IMG/VR virus record: IMGVR_UViG_2706795655_000001
Direction: 5' to 3' (one strand)
Origin: a virus
Lineage: Duplodnaviria; Heunggongvirae; Uroviricota; Caudoviricetes; Herelleviridae
DNA length: 64,000 nt
Below are positions 56,401-64,000 of the stretch, piece after piece. The notes below the pieces were generated by a model, which had not been told where the DNA came from, did not search any database, and saw only the letters and a program-made list of their open reading frames with translations. Positions within the stretch are counted from its first letter, which is position 1. Each line of letters opens with the position of its first letter. The position numbers were made by a program, and so were the translations under genes.

Positions 56401-56597
56401 AAATCACACCGTCAGAGTTTGCCGGGTTCTACAAAAATAGTAACGGTGGATACGAAAAAGTGTTCTACTTAAACGGTGACGAAACTGTAACTAAGAAACT
56501 AAAAGCAACACAAGAAATAACAATGGGTAACATCAAGATAATTGACGTTACTAGTACAGACATAACAGGTTGGGCGTTCGTACCAACCGTTAAATAG
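50490..56597 (+). CDS. Large tail spike/fibre protein, about 2035 aa, with carbohydrate-binding-like modules
   Basis: Spike-like N-terminus (SARLP, GSRVLIGF), coiled coil, beta-sandwich segments; late motif at 50455. Confidence 0.75.
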   Translation: MSEHEYSPLSGMRFQSQLSKEMKRAYKEGDNIVTLSFAEVIKVNYKYNTVDVITTKHKNSTTKNPNDNGKYSARLPIQFGGRTPQGNVYGTNTLVTVGSRVLIGFVEGNKDNPIVLNIYGAVDNQSMLTRTTMTGGDESDEGVQRELWQLFNLYPSMTYTNVDGRGNREVTFSGKSFLYVTDSDQNNEYVQDEAFDYMDLPSSRYANGELIEPESPSSPTVLYVHQGVYEKHRFTIFIKSDGTFRMGSRNASGHGITYQQMNTDGSFSIVKKNDTTNPEEESYDQSSMEILKNGNVLLQNPKHKFEITDDGILVDGKKLSEIGGGGSGENPEYEEAIRQINKTIETMSVTMKSIEGGLETKVEKNTYEIDLDEIKGAQDALLAEIKAIIATLKVALEDLRTFIGSGFPDGKVTDARKIELNKKMQTIDASKTVLDGKYAEVMADPFLSDTLKNTLKISKDRVDGYHQALHNVIDASITDGTITAQEKTDINTAITNYVTSLNNIEPVFTSSIEASIVERIKEAVENPVNYTNKEMKKQSAIFTQLFNAISMKVSTEELTSQVQDLEVKMATKEEQKELVNEIDRVDQKVNGALSNLPYRVEVTSTNGTVFVNDFIDSVVSARFYKGADDITSTVGIGDIIWLRVSDDQAGDTAWNNNHKGIGNSFRLSVNDVRDRATFFCSYKTPPVATGSITVANLKDISVSKTEPTNPRQGTMWYNMTDGKLYVYMDGKWQFSADGLDFNIRNLFTNSRDCTGGGWALQSASRTNSQYQGTYIIETAANWGSADYACSDLFTRGVVAANDEVTFCVLARLTGATGVTRNLSFFCDNSDKNGTVVGSVTTDWKPFYITFKMLAAMNTAGAKMRFEVGDLTSANLKLQLCSHILVKGNTQVNWVPAPEDTQRDIDNINKDVGDIRTNVDSLGDDKKLTRFERSLIRSYLADITGTYYNPTDVPIALTEIDKPAYGKGKLYSIRQQARNIGLDTSKSPYYKKLGDAYTALIAYLNGFTPKPWDVTSSAIIDIPDRVIWNQKWNDYYNFYSLFEIEVQDRQKEYTEQQVQEMKKDTIAAISTAGNYDTVPFANPVTVTPPIATLGLPEFQGNHQDSWDWNGRNYILQSDVAYSWTGKMNDNGFSTKQLSKESVAMFDKQRVTMSLAYKLTNVVYGTVNPWVGMQLTVEYTDGTKEYPTCIGGKADGSPTTSDFVRRAGTYQINAAKSIRSLSIMLGGRDLTGTVEIKEYKIEVANKTVDQVVWTQAPEDVWGKVGRRIRPVTNPMFSSGTNLTILGMFYGNGTVNDKFAWDTSGTPVKTRYWVDGDLNDKQSWTYFTKGFNTDSVNKVIKGSGKNEYPILFDDTVENRIGRSTIAFFDDYVILTCTDGSDAFYQLGDYNMSLHGFSLGETITFSADVNCDIAGAYMSTWISDGTNWIESRGDVGGLNTWQRLKHTFTLPANTKGLFFRIYFPRTANANTKKLRIKNVQIERGSNSTPFVSANKQTFKKVKADGATYAAIGNMSEVVVKHDGKLLLRDGNVQEADSMGANATTGTLYIAIADVDSGWADAYTPTVEEIKAYFLGWRMCNGQFNGLYVSGGKVWYPHGDKNLDRAVTGRATAPTEASPSIKDNSIRPYQFLYRLVDPIQEEVSFDGILELLPKANVVTTYYPTWTSPILAGTIKYGINLATVNQDTRYIVPTMMKRIASAEQKITDEAITSTVVNSREYTLGMKSKADSSDLGNYATKDELANVDKGVNDRIQGEIDKIDFSPFAEKSQLEQTARDWNAKFSAANGMNTIKNSIGFSGTDFWDMFQVNTTVETISNSALDSLGLGSGFYFRKDGKNKGITQKVKVIPNQPYTLGFYLNKMTKGAKGDQTYRFWIQVMNSAGTITHQIDDNSDKTTNGLEGSYLTFTPLEDTITVRFVSYANVEAIVSGIMLNIGDIPLQWTLATGELYNTNVRMNLNGLRVAQLDANGAEVGYTQITPSEFAGFYKNSNGGYEKVFYLNGDETVTKKLKATQEITMGNIKIIDVTSTDITGWAFVPTVK

Positions 56598-56619
56598 AAT
56601 CGACTGGAGGAAAAGTAGA

Positions 56620-59319
56620 ATGGCATCAGGTTCATTTAATACAAGCACAAGCAACCAGTATGTGCAGGGTACTGTAACTTGGGGCAGTACCCCCAACACT
56701 GGGGGTAACTATAGTGATGTATGGGTAGAGTGGCGATTCTCCCGTACAAACTCTGGTTATGAAACATACGGTAACGGTACATTCGGAATATATGTTGATG
56801 GTCAACAATCCGTAAATACACTTAGATTTAGCTTCACGCAAAACTCTAGGACACTAGTAGTAAGTGGTAACTTCCGTGTAAACCACAACTCTGATGGGAC
56901 GAAAAACTTACGTATAGGTGTATCTGGATATACAGACGTAGTATCAATTAACGAGGGCGTTGTGTATGTAGACTTAGACCGCATACCACGGGCAAGTAGC
57001 ATATCATCTAATATAAGTTGGACAGCAGCTATAGAAGGTTTACCTTTATCTATCAGCCGGGCTTCTGGTTCCTTCACACACTCTCTTACTTTACAAATCA
57101 AAAACAACGTAAATAACAACTGGGTAAGTGTAGCTACCAGATATAATATTGGAGATTACACTACGATATACTTCGACAAAAACGAAATGACAATCATATA
57201 CAGAGAGATGGCTCAATGGGAAAATGCCGAAGTTTGGATAAAGCTGGACACATTTAATGGCGGAACATACATAGGCTCGTCAGAGAAATATGGTAGAGTT
57301 TATGGTGCTACTCCTGCTACTCCGGTTGTATCTGATTTCAATATCGGAACAAAATCAGTAGATGTAACGCTAGACTATTTCTATGACACATTTAACTATA
57401 CACTAGAATTTACTTTTGGGAGCTTTAAAAAAACATTCCCTAACATGGTTAAGTTTAATAAGATGGAGTTCACAGATGCAGAAGTAATTCAAATGTACCA
57501 GCAAGTACCTAACCAACAGAGCGCACAAGCCAATGTATACGCTAGTACAAAGTATAACGGTATAGAGCTAAATGATAACGTCCCTAAAGACCAAAACAAA
57601 AAAATCACATTACGAGTAGTTAATAGTGAACCGCAGTACGATGGAGGTTTCACGTACTTAGATTCCAATAGTACTACAGCAACACTAACAGGAAATAACC
57701 AGTACATAATCCAAAGTAAGTCAAATCTGCAAGTTAAACTACCTGTAGCCAAAAAAGCAAAACCGACCAATTACTCTACAATTACTCGTTATGAAGTAGC
57801 TGTCAATGGTGCGGTGAAATCGGTAAACTTTTCCGATACAGTAGACTTAACGGTAGATTTCGGTACTGTAAATGTAAGCACAAATACTAGTATTGTAGTG
57901 TCCGCAGTAGATAGCCGGGGACTTAAAAAATCTGTATCTTCTGTTATATTAGTATTGCCTTATTCGCTACCAACCTATTCATTTAGTGCAGACCGGGTAA
58001 ATAACTTCGAAACGACAACTAAATTGAATGTAACAGGTTCCGCATCACCATTGAACGTTAGTAACGTCAACAAGAACAGAATTGTTTCCGCTAAATATAA
58101 AACGAAACCAGTGGGCGGAGCATACGGAAGTGAATCCGATTTACCGATAACTGGTACGTTCCCGTCTTTCATATCTAACAACGCTTCTGTAGAGTTAAAT
58201 AACACACAAGCGTGGGAAGTATCTTTAACAATTACAGACGTATTAGGTTCAGTAACAACCGTCAGTACTGTAGCAGTAGGTACGCCTATTCTGTTCATTG
58301 ACACAAAAAAGAAGTCGATAGGTGTGAACAAATTCCCTACTGGAACTAAAACATTCGAAGTAGCGGGTGACTGGGCGATAGATGGTGCGATAACTCTACA
58401 ATCAAATCAGTGGTTTTCACAAGGTAAATACGCATTACACGCTAACAACTCTGATTTTATGGGTGTCAATACTATCTACTTTAGTAGCCCGGTAAATACA
58501 CAATATCAAGGGTTGAATTTCCTAAGACCCGGTAAGACAGCAGGTTCTATGAATATCAATGACTATAGCACTTTTGGTCTGCTAGATTATTCAATGAGAA
58601 TGAATAACCAACCTATTTTTTACCAGTTTGCAGGAACATCTAACCTTCGATTAGCTGGAGAACTACACTCTGCATACACGAATGGTAGTTACATGGATGT
58701 ATACGGAAATATCAAAGGGCAAACTTCCGCACAAGGCGGAGAGACTTGGGGTGTCGTAGACTCACAGAACCGCACTAAATTTGTTTTACCTATAGGTAAG
58801 AATGGCGGTGACAACAGTTACAAGTCTTACGGAGGTAACCACAGGTTCGAAAAAGACGATAAATTTATCGTTGAGTTCTATTCTGATGGTGTTAACAACT
58901 GCGCTAACTTCGGTGGAGGTATCTTTAAATGGCAATCCAACCAGAACCGTTTTGAATTACGTAACTGGAATGATACAGGTTGGGGTAGTATTGCATTAGA
59001 TACGCTAGACGCTACTACAGTAAAAACAGTAAACTATGTAAATACTTCATCTAGGGAACTTAAAACAGAAATCAAACCTTTAGAAGAAGATGCACTACAG
59101 ATTATCCTTGATTCAGAAGTCTGCTCGTATATGATGAAAGCTAATCCGGAATTAGGAAGGAGAGTAGGTTTAATAGCCGAGGATTCCCATGAACTGGTTC
59201 AAGAGCTTGGAGGTAAAGGGGTTAATGGCTACACAATGAACTCATTATCTTGGAGAGCAATTCAGCAGCTAGACGCAAAAATAAACGCAATACTAGCAAG
59301 ACAATATAAAACACTATAA
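56620..59319 (+). CDS. Tail fibre/receptor-binding protein with C-terminal intramolecular chaperone (S74-like)
   Basis: DUF859-like N-terminus; SSRELKTEIKPL...GLIAED. Confidence 0.8.
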   Translation: MASGSFNTSTSNQYVQGTVTWGSTPNTGGNYSDVWVEWRFSRTNSGYETYGNGTFGIYVDGQQSVNTLRFSFTQNSRTLVVSGNFRVNHNSDGTKNLRIGVSGYTDVVSINEGVVYVDLDRIPRASSISSNISWTAAIEGLPLSISRASGSFTHSLTLQIKNNVNNNWVSVATRYNIGDYTTIYFDKNEMTIIYREMAQWENAEVWIKLDTFNGGTYIGSSEKYGRVYGATPATPVVSDFNIGTKSVDVTLDYFYDTFNYTLEFTFGSFKKTFPNMVKFNKMEFTDAEVIQMYQQVPNQQSAQANVYASTKYNGIELNDNVPKDQNKKITLRVVNSEPQYDGGFTYLDSNSTTATLTGNNQYIIQSKSNLQVKLPVAKKAKPTNYSTITRYEVAVNGAVKSVNFSDTVDLTVDFGTVNVSTNTSIVVSAVDSRGLKKSVSSVILVLPYSLPTYSFSADRVNNFETTTKLNVTGSASPLNVSNVNKNRIVSAKYKTKPVGGAYGSESDLPITGTFPSFISNNASVELNNTQAWEVSLTITDVLGSVTTVSTVAVGTPILFIDTKKKSIGVNKFPTGTKTFEVAGDWAIDGAITLQSNQWFSQGKYALHANNSDFMGVNTIYFSSPVNTQYQGLNFLRPGKTAGSMNINDYSTFGLLDYSMRMNNQPIFYQFAGTSNLRLAGELHSAYTNGSYMDVYGNIKGQTSAQGGETWGVVDSQNRTKFVLPIGKNGGDNSYKSYGGNHRFEKDDKFIVEFYSDGVNNCANFGGGIFKWQSNQNRFELRNWNDTGWGSIALDTLDATTVKTVNYVNTSSRELKTEIKPLEEDALQIILDSEVCSYMMKANPELGRRVGLIAEDSHELVQELGGKGVNGYTMNSLSWRAIQQLDAKINAILARQYKTL

Positions 59320-59326
59320 GGGAGAA

Positions 59327-59824
59327 ATGACAATGTTATATCAAACAATGTTCGAAGAATTATTAGTAGCTCAAGGTTTTGACGGGTTAGTAACTGACCA
59401 CAAAAATAAACTAGCACAGACTCTAGCAGATAGATACAAATTATCTATTTTTGATATTACACCTGCGTTTATCTTAGAGCATCACAAGAAATTAAAGATG
59501 CAATTACTAGATGAGACTTGCGAGAACGCTATTAAAAATGGTTTCACTTCTGTAAACGGACATAAATATCGTTTGAATGATGGCGACCAGATTAATTTCT
59601 TAGGTCAAAAAGATTACCTTCGAGACGAGCCTGATGTAACTAACGTATTGTGGAGAACAGAAGATGCAGGGTATGTTGACCATACTAGAGAAGACTGGAT
59701 GGTTGTTCAAAAAGAAGCATTCAATCATAAGTTAACACAACTTACGAAGTATAATACATACGTTCAGAAAATTAAAAATGCAGTAACAGATAAAGAAGTG
59801 TACAACACGAACTGGGAGAACTAG
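59327..59824 (+). CDS. Tail fibre assembly-like protein (DUF4376-like)
   Basis: IKNGFTS...DQINF...WRT pattern; position. Confidence 0.6.
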   Translation: MTMLYQTMFEELLVAQGFDGLVTDHKNKLAQTLADRYKLSIFDITPAFILEHHKKLKMQLLDETCENAIKNGFTSVNGHKYRLNDGDQINFLGQKDYLRDEPDVTNVLWRTEDAGYVDHTREDWMVVQKEAFNHKLTQLTKYNTYVQKIKNAVTDKEVYNTNWEN

Positions 59825-59846
59825 TTAATTCATAGGAGGAAAACAA

Positions 59847-60029
59847 ATGAATACACAACAACCACAAGGTAAACCGATAAACCCTAACTTCATAATGAAG
59901 GAGCAGTACCAAACTATACATGTGTTAACTGACGAGGTTATCCAACTTAGAGCCTACGTTTCTCAATTAGAAGAAGAGAACCTACAGTTACGCGCAGCCG
60001 TACCTGAAGAAGTAGAAAATAAAGAATAG
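59847..60029 (+). CDS. Small coiled-coil protein
   Basis: AGGAGG RBS. Confidence 0.7.
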   Translation: MNTQQPQGKPINPNFIMKEQYQTIHVLTDEVIQLRAYVSQLEEENLQLRAAVPEEVENKE

Positions 60030-60042
60030 GAGGTCTTAAGAT

Positions 60043-60528
60043 ATGACAACTGGAGAAATTCTACCAGCAGACGTTATATTCTATAGACCAACTAGTTTCA
60101 TAGGTAGGGTGATTAGTTTTTTTACTAAATCACCCTATAGTCATGTTGCTCTTGCTATAGACTCCAATACTCTAATCGAGGCTAACAGGTTTATAAAGAC
60201 TAGAGTTGTACCTATAGAATATGATAAAAATATTACGCATGTCTATCGATTAACTGACATAACCCCGGAGGAACGAGAAGAAATCGTTGCTATTGCGAAA
60301 AGTTTTGAAGGTTCGGACTATGACTATGCTCAGATATTTGAAATGCTATTCCGTATCGTGTTCAACATCAAACGAACTATATTTAACAACCAAAGTAAAC
60401 TTACATGTTCCGAGATAGTAGATAAATCGTTTTACATAGCTGGTATTGATAGAAAAGATGCGGAAAATCTTTACGATGTCCCTCCAGAAGAATTATTACA
60501 TAAGTATAAATTAAATAGAATTATTTGA
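60043..60528 (+). CDS. Permuted papain-like amidase (YiiX/YaeF, C92-like)
   Basis: DVIF, YSHVAL (His before Cys), YDY, LTCSEIV. Confidence 0.85.
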   Translation: MTTGEILPADVIFYRPTSFIGRVISFFTKSPYSHVALAIDSNTLIEANRFIKTRVVPIEYDKNITHVYRLTDITPEEREEIVAIAKSFEGSDYDYAQIFEMLFRIVFNIKRTIFNNQSKLTCSEIVDKSFYIAGIDRKDAENLYDVPPEELLHKYKLNRII

Positions 60529-60555
60529 GACGGGATATTTACTCCTGTCTTTTCT

Positions 60556-60614
60556 TGCTATACTAATAGTTATTTTCATTCTAAATACTATATTAATAGT
60601 AGAGTGTTTAGAAT
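60556..60614 (+). promoter_or_regulatory. Tandem late promoters TGCTATACTA / TACTATATTA, the second in a 12-bp inverted repeat
   Basis: 60556-60565 and 60586-60595; arms 60578-60589 / 60603-60614. Confidence 0.65.
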
Positions 60615-60646
60615 CAAGATAACTATGGAAGAACGGAGGAACGCAC

Positions 60647-61420
60647 ATGACAATAGCTGATGGTCGTAACAGATTACAGAAGATTGCGTTCAGTGTTGGC
60701 GGTAGAACATTTAAGTTCGCTCTCAACCCAGAGAACATGAATCACAACATGCCTCACCGTACTACGGCATTAAAAACAAAGAGTCGTATTATCATTGAGG
60801 ATTTCCAAGCTGATATCCCTACTATAACTATCGCCGGTACAACAGGTTTTAACCCTACAGGTAGAGCAGAAGATAGAGGGGTAACGAAGATTAAAGAAAT
60901 GAAAGCGTTTATTGAGGACTACGCGAAGACTGGTGGTAATGGTAAAACATCTGCACAGGACTTTTATTTCCATAACTTTACAAATGATGAGAGCTTTGTA
61001 GTTCACTTGGCTCCAGAGGGAATTTCTGTTACACAAGATGCAAACGCTCCATTGCTGTACAGATACGAAATTAAACTAATCATTATTCGTAAGTCAACAG
61101 AACCAGCAGATGCGGATGTTATTAACCCAGAGATAGGTAACAGATTCCCTTCACTACCTAATACTGGTAATTACAAACCATCTAACAAATATCCTGACTT
61201 ACCTACTACTTTTCCGAACACAGGTTCAGAGTGGGACATACCTACCAAACGCCCGAACACAGGTGTCGGTAACGATATCTATAATAAAGGCTCAGGAGGC
61301 TCATACAACCCTAATAAAGATGGAACAGTACTAAACCCTCAATCACCATCTAAAGGCGTGTATCAGTACGGTATGGAAGGTTTAGGATTTAATATAGGAT
61401 ACTACGGAAGGTGGGCATAA
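60647..61420 (+). CDS. Baseplate/tail tube initiator-like protein
   Basis: FKFALNPENM, IAGTTGF; position. Confidence 0.7.
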   Translation: MTIADGRNRLQKIAFSVGGRTFKFALNPENMNHNMPHRTTALKTKSRIIIEDFQADIPTITIAGTTGFNPTGRAEDRGVTKIKEMKAFIEDYAKTGGNGKTSAQDFYFHNFTNDESFVVHLAPEGISVTQDANAPLLYRYEIKLIIIRKSTEPADADVINPEIGNRFPSLPNTGNYKPSNKYPDLPTTFPNTGSEWDIPTKRPNTGVGNDIYNKGSGGSYNPNKDGTVLNPQSPSKGVYQYGMEGLGFNIGYYGRWA

Positions 61421-61421
61421 G

Positions 61422-61949
61422 ATGGTACAACCAAAACCAGATACATTAGTTCGGTTTATCTCTACCATAACAGTATTACCAGACGGTACTATTCCGTTTA
61501 ATACAATGAACGAGGCACCGATGTACGTTTCAACATTGTACAAGCCCGTGTTCAGTCTTTCTTCTGTAGCAAGACTTGTATTAGACAAGATTACACAAAA
61601 CCAGATACCTACTGTTGATGTTGAGATAGACCCAAGAACATTAGTAAAACAGATAATGGAAAGTGATTTAGTTACATATAACCCGCGCATGTACACGTTA
61701 GTTACATCAGTCGTACTAGAATCATTTGCTTTATTATACAGCATTGAAGAGGAAAGTACAAACTTACAATATATGTCACATAAAGATTTCCAAAGAATCC
61801 GTGACAATGTAAACTACATTGCTGATTATTTCAGTACAGTTAGACGATACAGAAAGATTATCGAAGCACTTCGAATTACAGATGTGTCGCTAGGTTACAT
61901 AGAGAATCAGATAGATGTTATTTTAACTGACAGGTTGGAGGTGAGATAG
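61422..61949 (+). CDS. Baseplate-region structural protein
   Basis: Position. Confidence 0.65.
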   Translation: MVQPKPDTLVRFISTITVLPDGTIPFNTMNEAPMYVSTLYKPVFSLSSVARLVLDKITQNQIPTVDVEIDPRTLVKQIMESDLVTYNPRMYTLVTSVVLESFALLYSIEEESTNLQYMSHKDFQRIRDNVNYIADYFSTVRRYRKIIEALRITDVSLGYIENQIDVILTDRLEVR

Positions 61950-62689
61950 TGGTTAAATATGTGAAGAAAATTATAGCAGCAGGAGATACACTACAATCTA
62001 TCGCACAACATCATTTAGGTGATTCTAATAGATGGAGAGAGTTAGCAAAGTTCAATGACCTTAGATATCCTTACATCGTTGAAACAGTAGCGGAGAAACA
62101 AGCGAATCCTTATCACCTTGTTACAACAGGGGATACGATTATGTTCCGTTCAAACGAAGATGATAGTGGTGAGCTTATAGCAAGCTTAAAGAATAGTTCG
62201 GTGTATGACCAAGAGGAAATCTACGCTTTAACACTTGGTAAGGATTTAAACGTATTACCGCAACCTCGTAATATAGCTTCTCCCGGATGGGACGCGGAAA
62301 TACTAGAAATGAAGGAGAATGATAAAGGCGACCTTGCTACGATACGCGGTATTGAGAACCTAAAACAATCTCTATTAACTCGTATTCTAACTCCAGTAGG
62401 AAGTTATCTTAACCACCCTAGATACGGCTCTTACGTGAATGAGTACTTAGGTAAAAAAAATACAGAGGAAAATGCTACATTATTAGTAGTGGAGTTAGAA
62501 AGAGCTATCCGAACAGACGGACGTGTACGAGCTGTCGAGAAGGTAGGGTACGACATGTACGATAACTACATAAATGTTGCGTTCAAAGTAACATCGATAG
62601 CGGTAGACGAAGCGTTCTTACTTGCCTTAACTGCAAGAGAGAATGGAGATATTTTCCTAAATGACAACTTTTCAAACAATATCCGATAG
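61949..62689 (+). CDS. Baseplate wedge protein (LysM-like N-terminus, gp25-like C-terminus)
   Basis: GDTLQSIAQHHLGD; GIENLKQSL..RILTPVGSY..HPRYGS. Confidence 0.85.
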   Translation: MVKYVKKIIAAGDTLQSIAQHHLGDSNRWRELAKFNDLRYPYIVETVAEKQANPYHLVTTGDTIMFRSNEDDSGELIASLKNSSVYDQEEIYALTLGKDLNVLPQPRNIASPGWDAEILEMKENDKGDLATIRGIENLKQSLLTRILTPVGSYLNHPRYGSYVNEYLGKKNTEENATLLVVELERAIRTDGRVRAVEKVGYDMYDNYINVAFKVTSIAVDEAFLLALTARENGDIFLNDNFSNNIR

Positions 62690-62692
62690 GCG

Positions 62693-63748
62693 GTGAAAGC
62701 ATTGCAATTTAAAGGAATGATGAATATCTACTCAAGATTAGTAGATTACACAATAACAAACACAAATAAGATTAATGACTTCTCAGTAGGTAGTGCTATT
62801 CGAGCGTTGTACGAATCAGTAGCGATGGAAGTAGAACAGTTCTATGTATTAACAGAAGAAAACTTAGAAGAAGCCATCCAAGCAGGTGTGTACGAGTCCT
62901 TCGCATTTAAACGTAAGGCTCCACAAAAAGCATACGGAAAAGTAAGAATCACCTTCCATAATGCTGTCCAACAAAACACACCATTACCTCGTGGTACAAG
63001 ATTTACATCTAGTTTCCCGGAATACGCAAACATCTATGAAACTGTAGAAGATTATTACATACCAGCAGGAGCCGTAACAGCAGAAGTATTTGTATACTGT
63101 ATCATCGCAGGAGAAGTCGGTAACGTACCCGCAAACGCGATTGATGTTATGATGACACCGCTTTCTAACGTGAAACTAGTTACTAACCCTTCTGCATTCC
63201 AAACAGGTGAGAACGAAGAACCACTAGAAGCATTGAAATCTAGATTCCGTTCATATATTGAATCCTTAAGTAAGGCTACAAAACCAGCATTGGAGTATGG
63301 TACAAGATTAGTACCAGAAGTATCCGGTGTATACATAGATGAGAAGATTGGTATCGTAATCGTGTATGCTCACGATAAGAACGGGGAACTACCTGATTCT
63401 GTTAAACTAGCAATCGCAACGTCACTTACACGATTTAAACCTGCTGGAATCCCGGTAGAAGTAAGACCAGTAACTCGTAAAGCTGTAGATGTGGAAGTAA
63501 CCATTACCATCTCAAACAAACCAGCTATTACAAATGCATTACGAGATAGAATCAAGTTTGCTATAGAAGGCTACTTAAACAATATGCAAACATCTCAGAA
63601 CTTAATTCTAAACGATTTATCTTACGTTATCAAGAGCGTAGATAAGCAGCTTGTATACGATATTCAGTATGCAAAACCTACCGTCAATGAGGTAGTCAAA
63701 GGTAGCGAAATCGTGAGAGCTGGTATAATTAAAGTAACACTAGTATAG
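62693..63748 (+). CDS. Baseplate J-like protein
   Basis: DFSVGSAIR, GEVGNVPANAI, TGENEEPLEALKSRF. Confidence 0.9.
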   Translation: MKALQFKGMMNIYSRLVDYTITNTNKINDFSVGSAIRALYESVAMEVEQFYVLTEENLEEAIQAGVYESFAFKRKAPQKAYGKVRITFHNAVQQNTPLPRGTRFTSSFPEYANIYETVEDYYIPAGAVTAEVFVYCIIAGEVGNVPANAIDVMMTPLSNVKLVTNPSAFQTGENEEPLEALKSRFRSYIESLSKATKPALEYGTRLVPEVSGVYIDEKIGIVIVYAHDKNGELPDSVKLAIATSLTRFKPAGIPVEVRPVTRKAVDVEVTITISNKPAITNALRDRIKFAIEGYLNNMQTSQNLILNDLSYVIKSVDKQLVYDIQYAKPTVNEVVKGSEIVRAGIIKVTLV

Positions 63749-63758
63749 GAGGAATAAT

Positions 63759-64000
63759 ATGGGCTTCATGAAATATTTACATCCTCTATGGAAAACAAGA
63801 TTAACAAAGGACAGCAACCCACATAATGTTGTCCTTGCTTCCTTAGATGATATGTTACAAAGTGTGGCTACTGATGCTATAGAGAGCAAAAAAGATGCTC
63901 GACTAGAAACAGCTACCGGACAATGGCTAGATGAGTTCGGGGATAAGTTCGGTGTATTCCGTAAGGATAATGAAAGCGATGACACATACAGACAACGGAT
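63759..64000 (+). CDS. Baseplate wedge protein, truncated by the window end
   Basis: AGGAGG RBS; TATGQWLDEFG..FGVFRKDNESDDTYR. Confidence 0.8.
   Translation, partial: MGFMKYLHPLWKTRLTKDSNPHNVVLASLDDMLQSVATDAIESKKDARLETATGQWLDEFGDKFGVFRKDNESDDTYRQR

Noticed and set aside
4-63985. Opposite-strand and nested ORFs in the track (e.g. 472-924, 29538-30041, 46499-47212, 51383-51973)
   Set aside because: Antisense shadows of real genes, without RBS and with biased Ser/Phe composition

Overview
64 kb slice of a lytic Bacillus cereus-group myovirus genome (Herelleviridae, Bastillevirinae-type gene order; the endolysin closely resembles LysB4 of phage B4 as I recall it). Left arm, 1-23 kb, minus strand: about 45 small accessory ORFs in sigmaA-type promoter/terminator cassettes, DHFR, dNMP kinase, thymidylate synthase, a bL33-like zinc ribbon, a PcfJ-like protein, PhoH, an M15/SH3 endolysin and the terminase. 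Centre, 23-26 kb: a membrane-protein operon, an XRE gene pair and about 1 kb of non-coding DNA with repeats and a candidate sRNA. Right arm, 26-64 kb, plus strand: portal, prohead protease, scaffold, capsid, neck, sheath, tube, chaperones, tape measure, tail lysins, fibres and baseplate, interrupted by non-structural islands. I saw no tRNA, CRISPR array, intron, integrase or transposase. Best leads: (1) a 12-aa N-terminal tag MTRH[TV]R[NY]KQ[LM]xK on four otherwise unrelated small proteins; (2) two late-promoter RNA hairpin elements with anti-Shine-Dalgarno loops complementary to the phage's own early RBS; (3) a 17-21 bp motif repeated four times around the XRE/AT-rich region; (4) a triple WalR box before a secreted 3D-domain protein; (5) a Rok-like silencer homologue; (6) an N-terminal module shared by two distant late proteins. 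All homology calls are from motif recognition by eye; no searches or folding were run.
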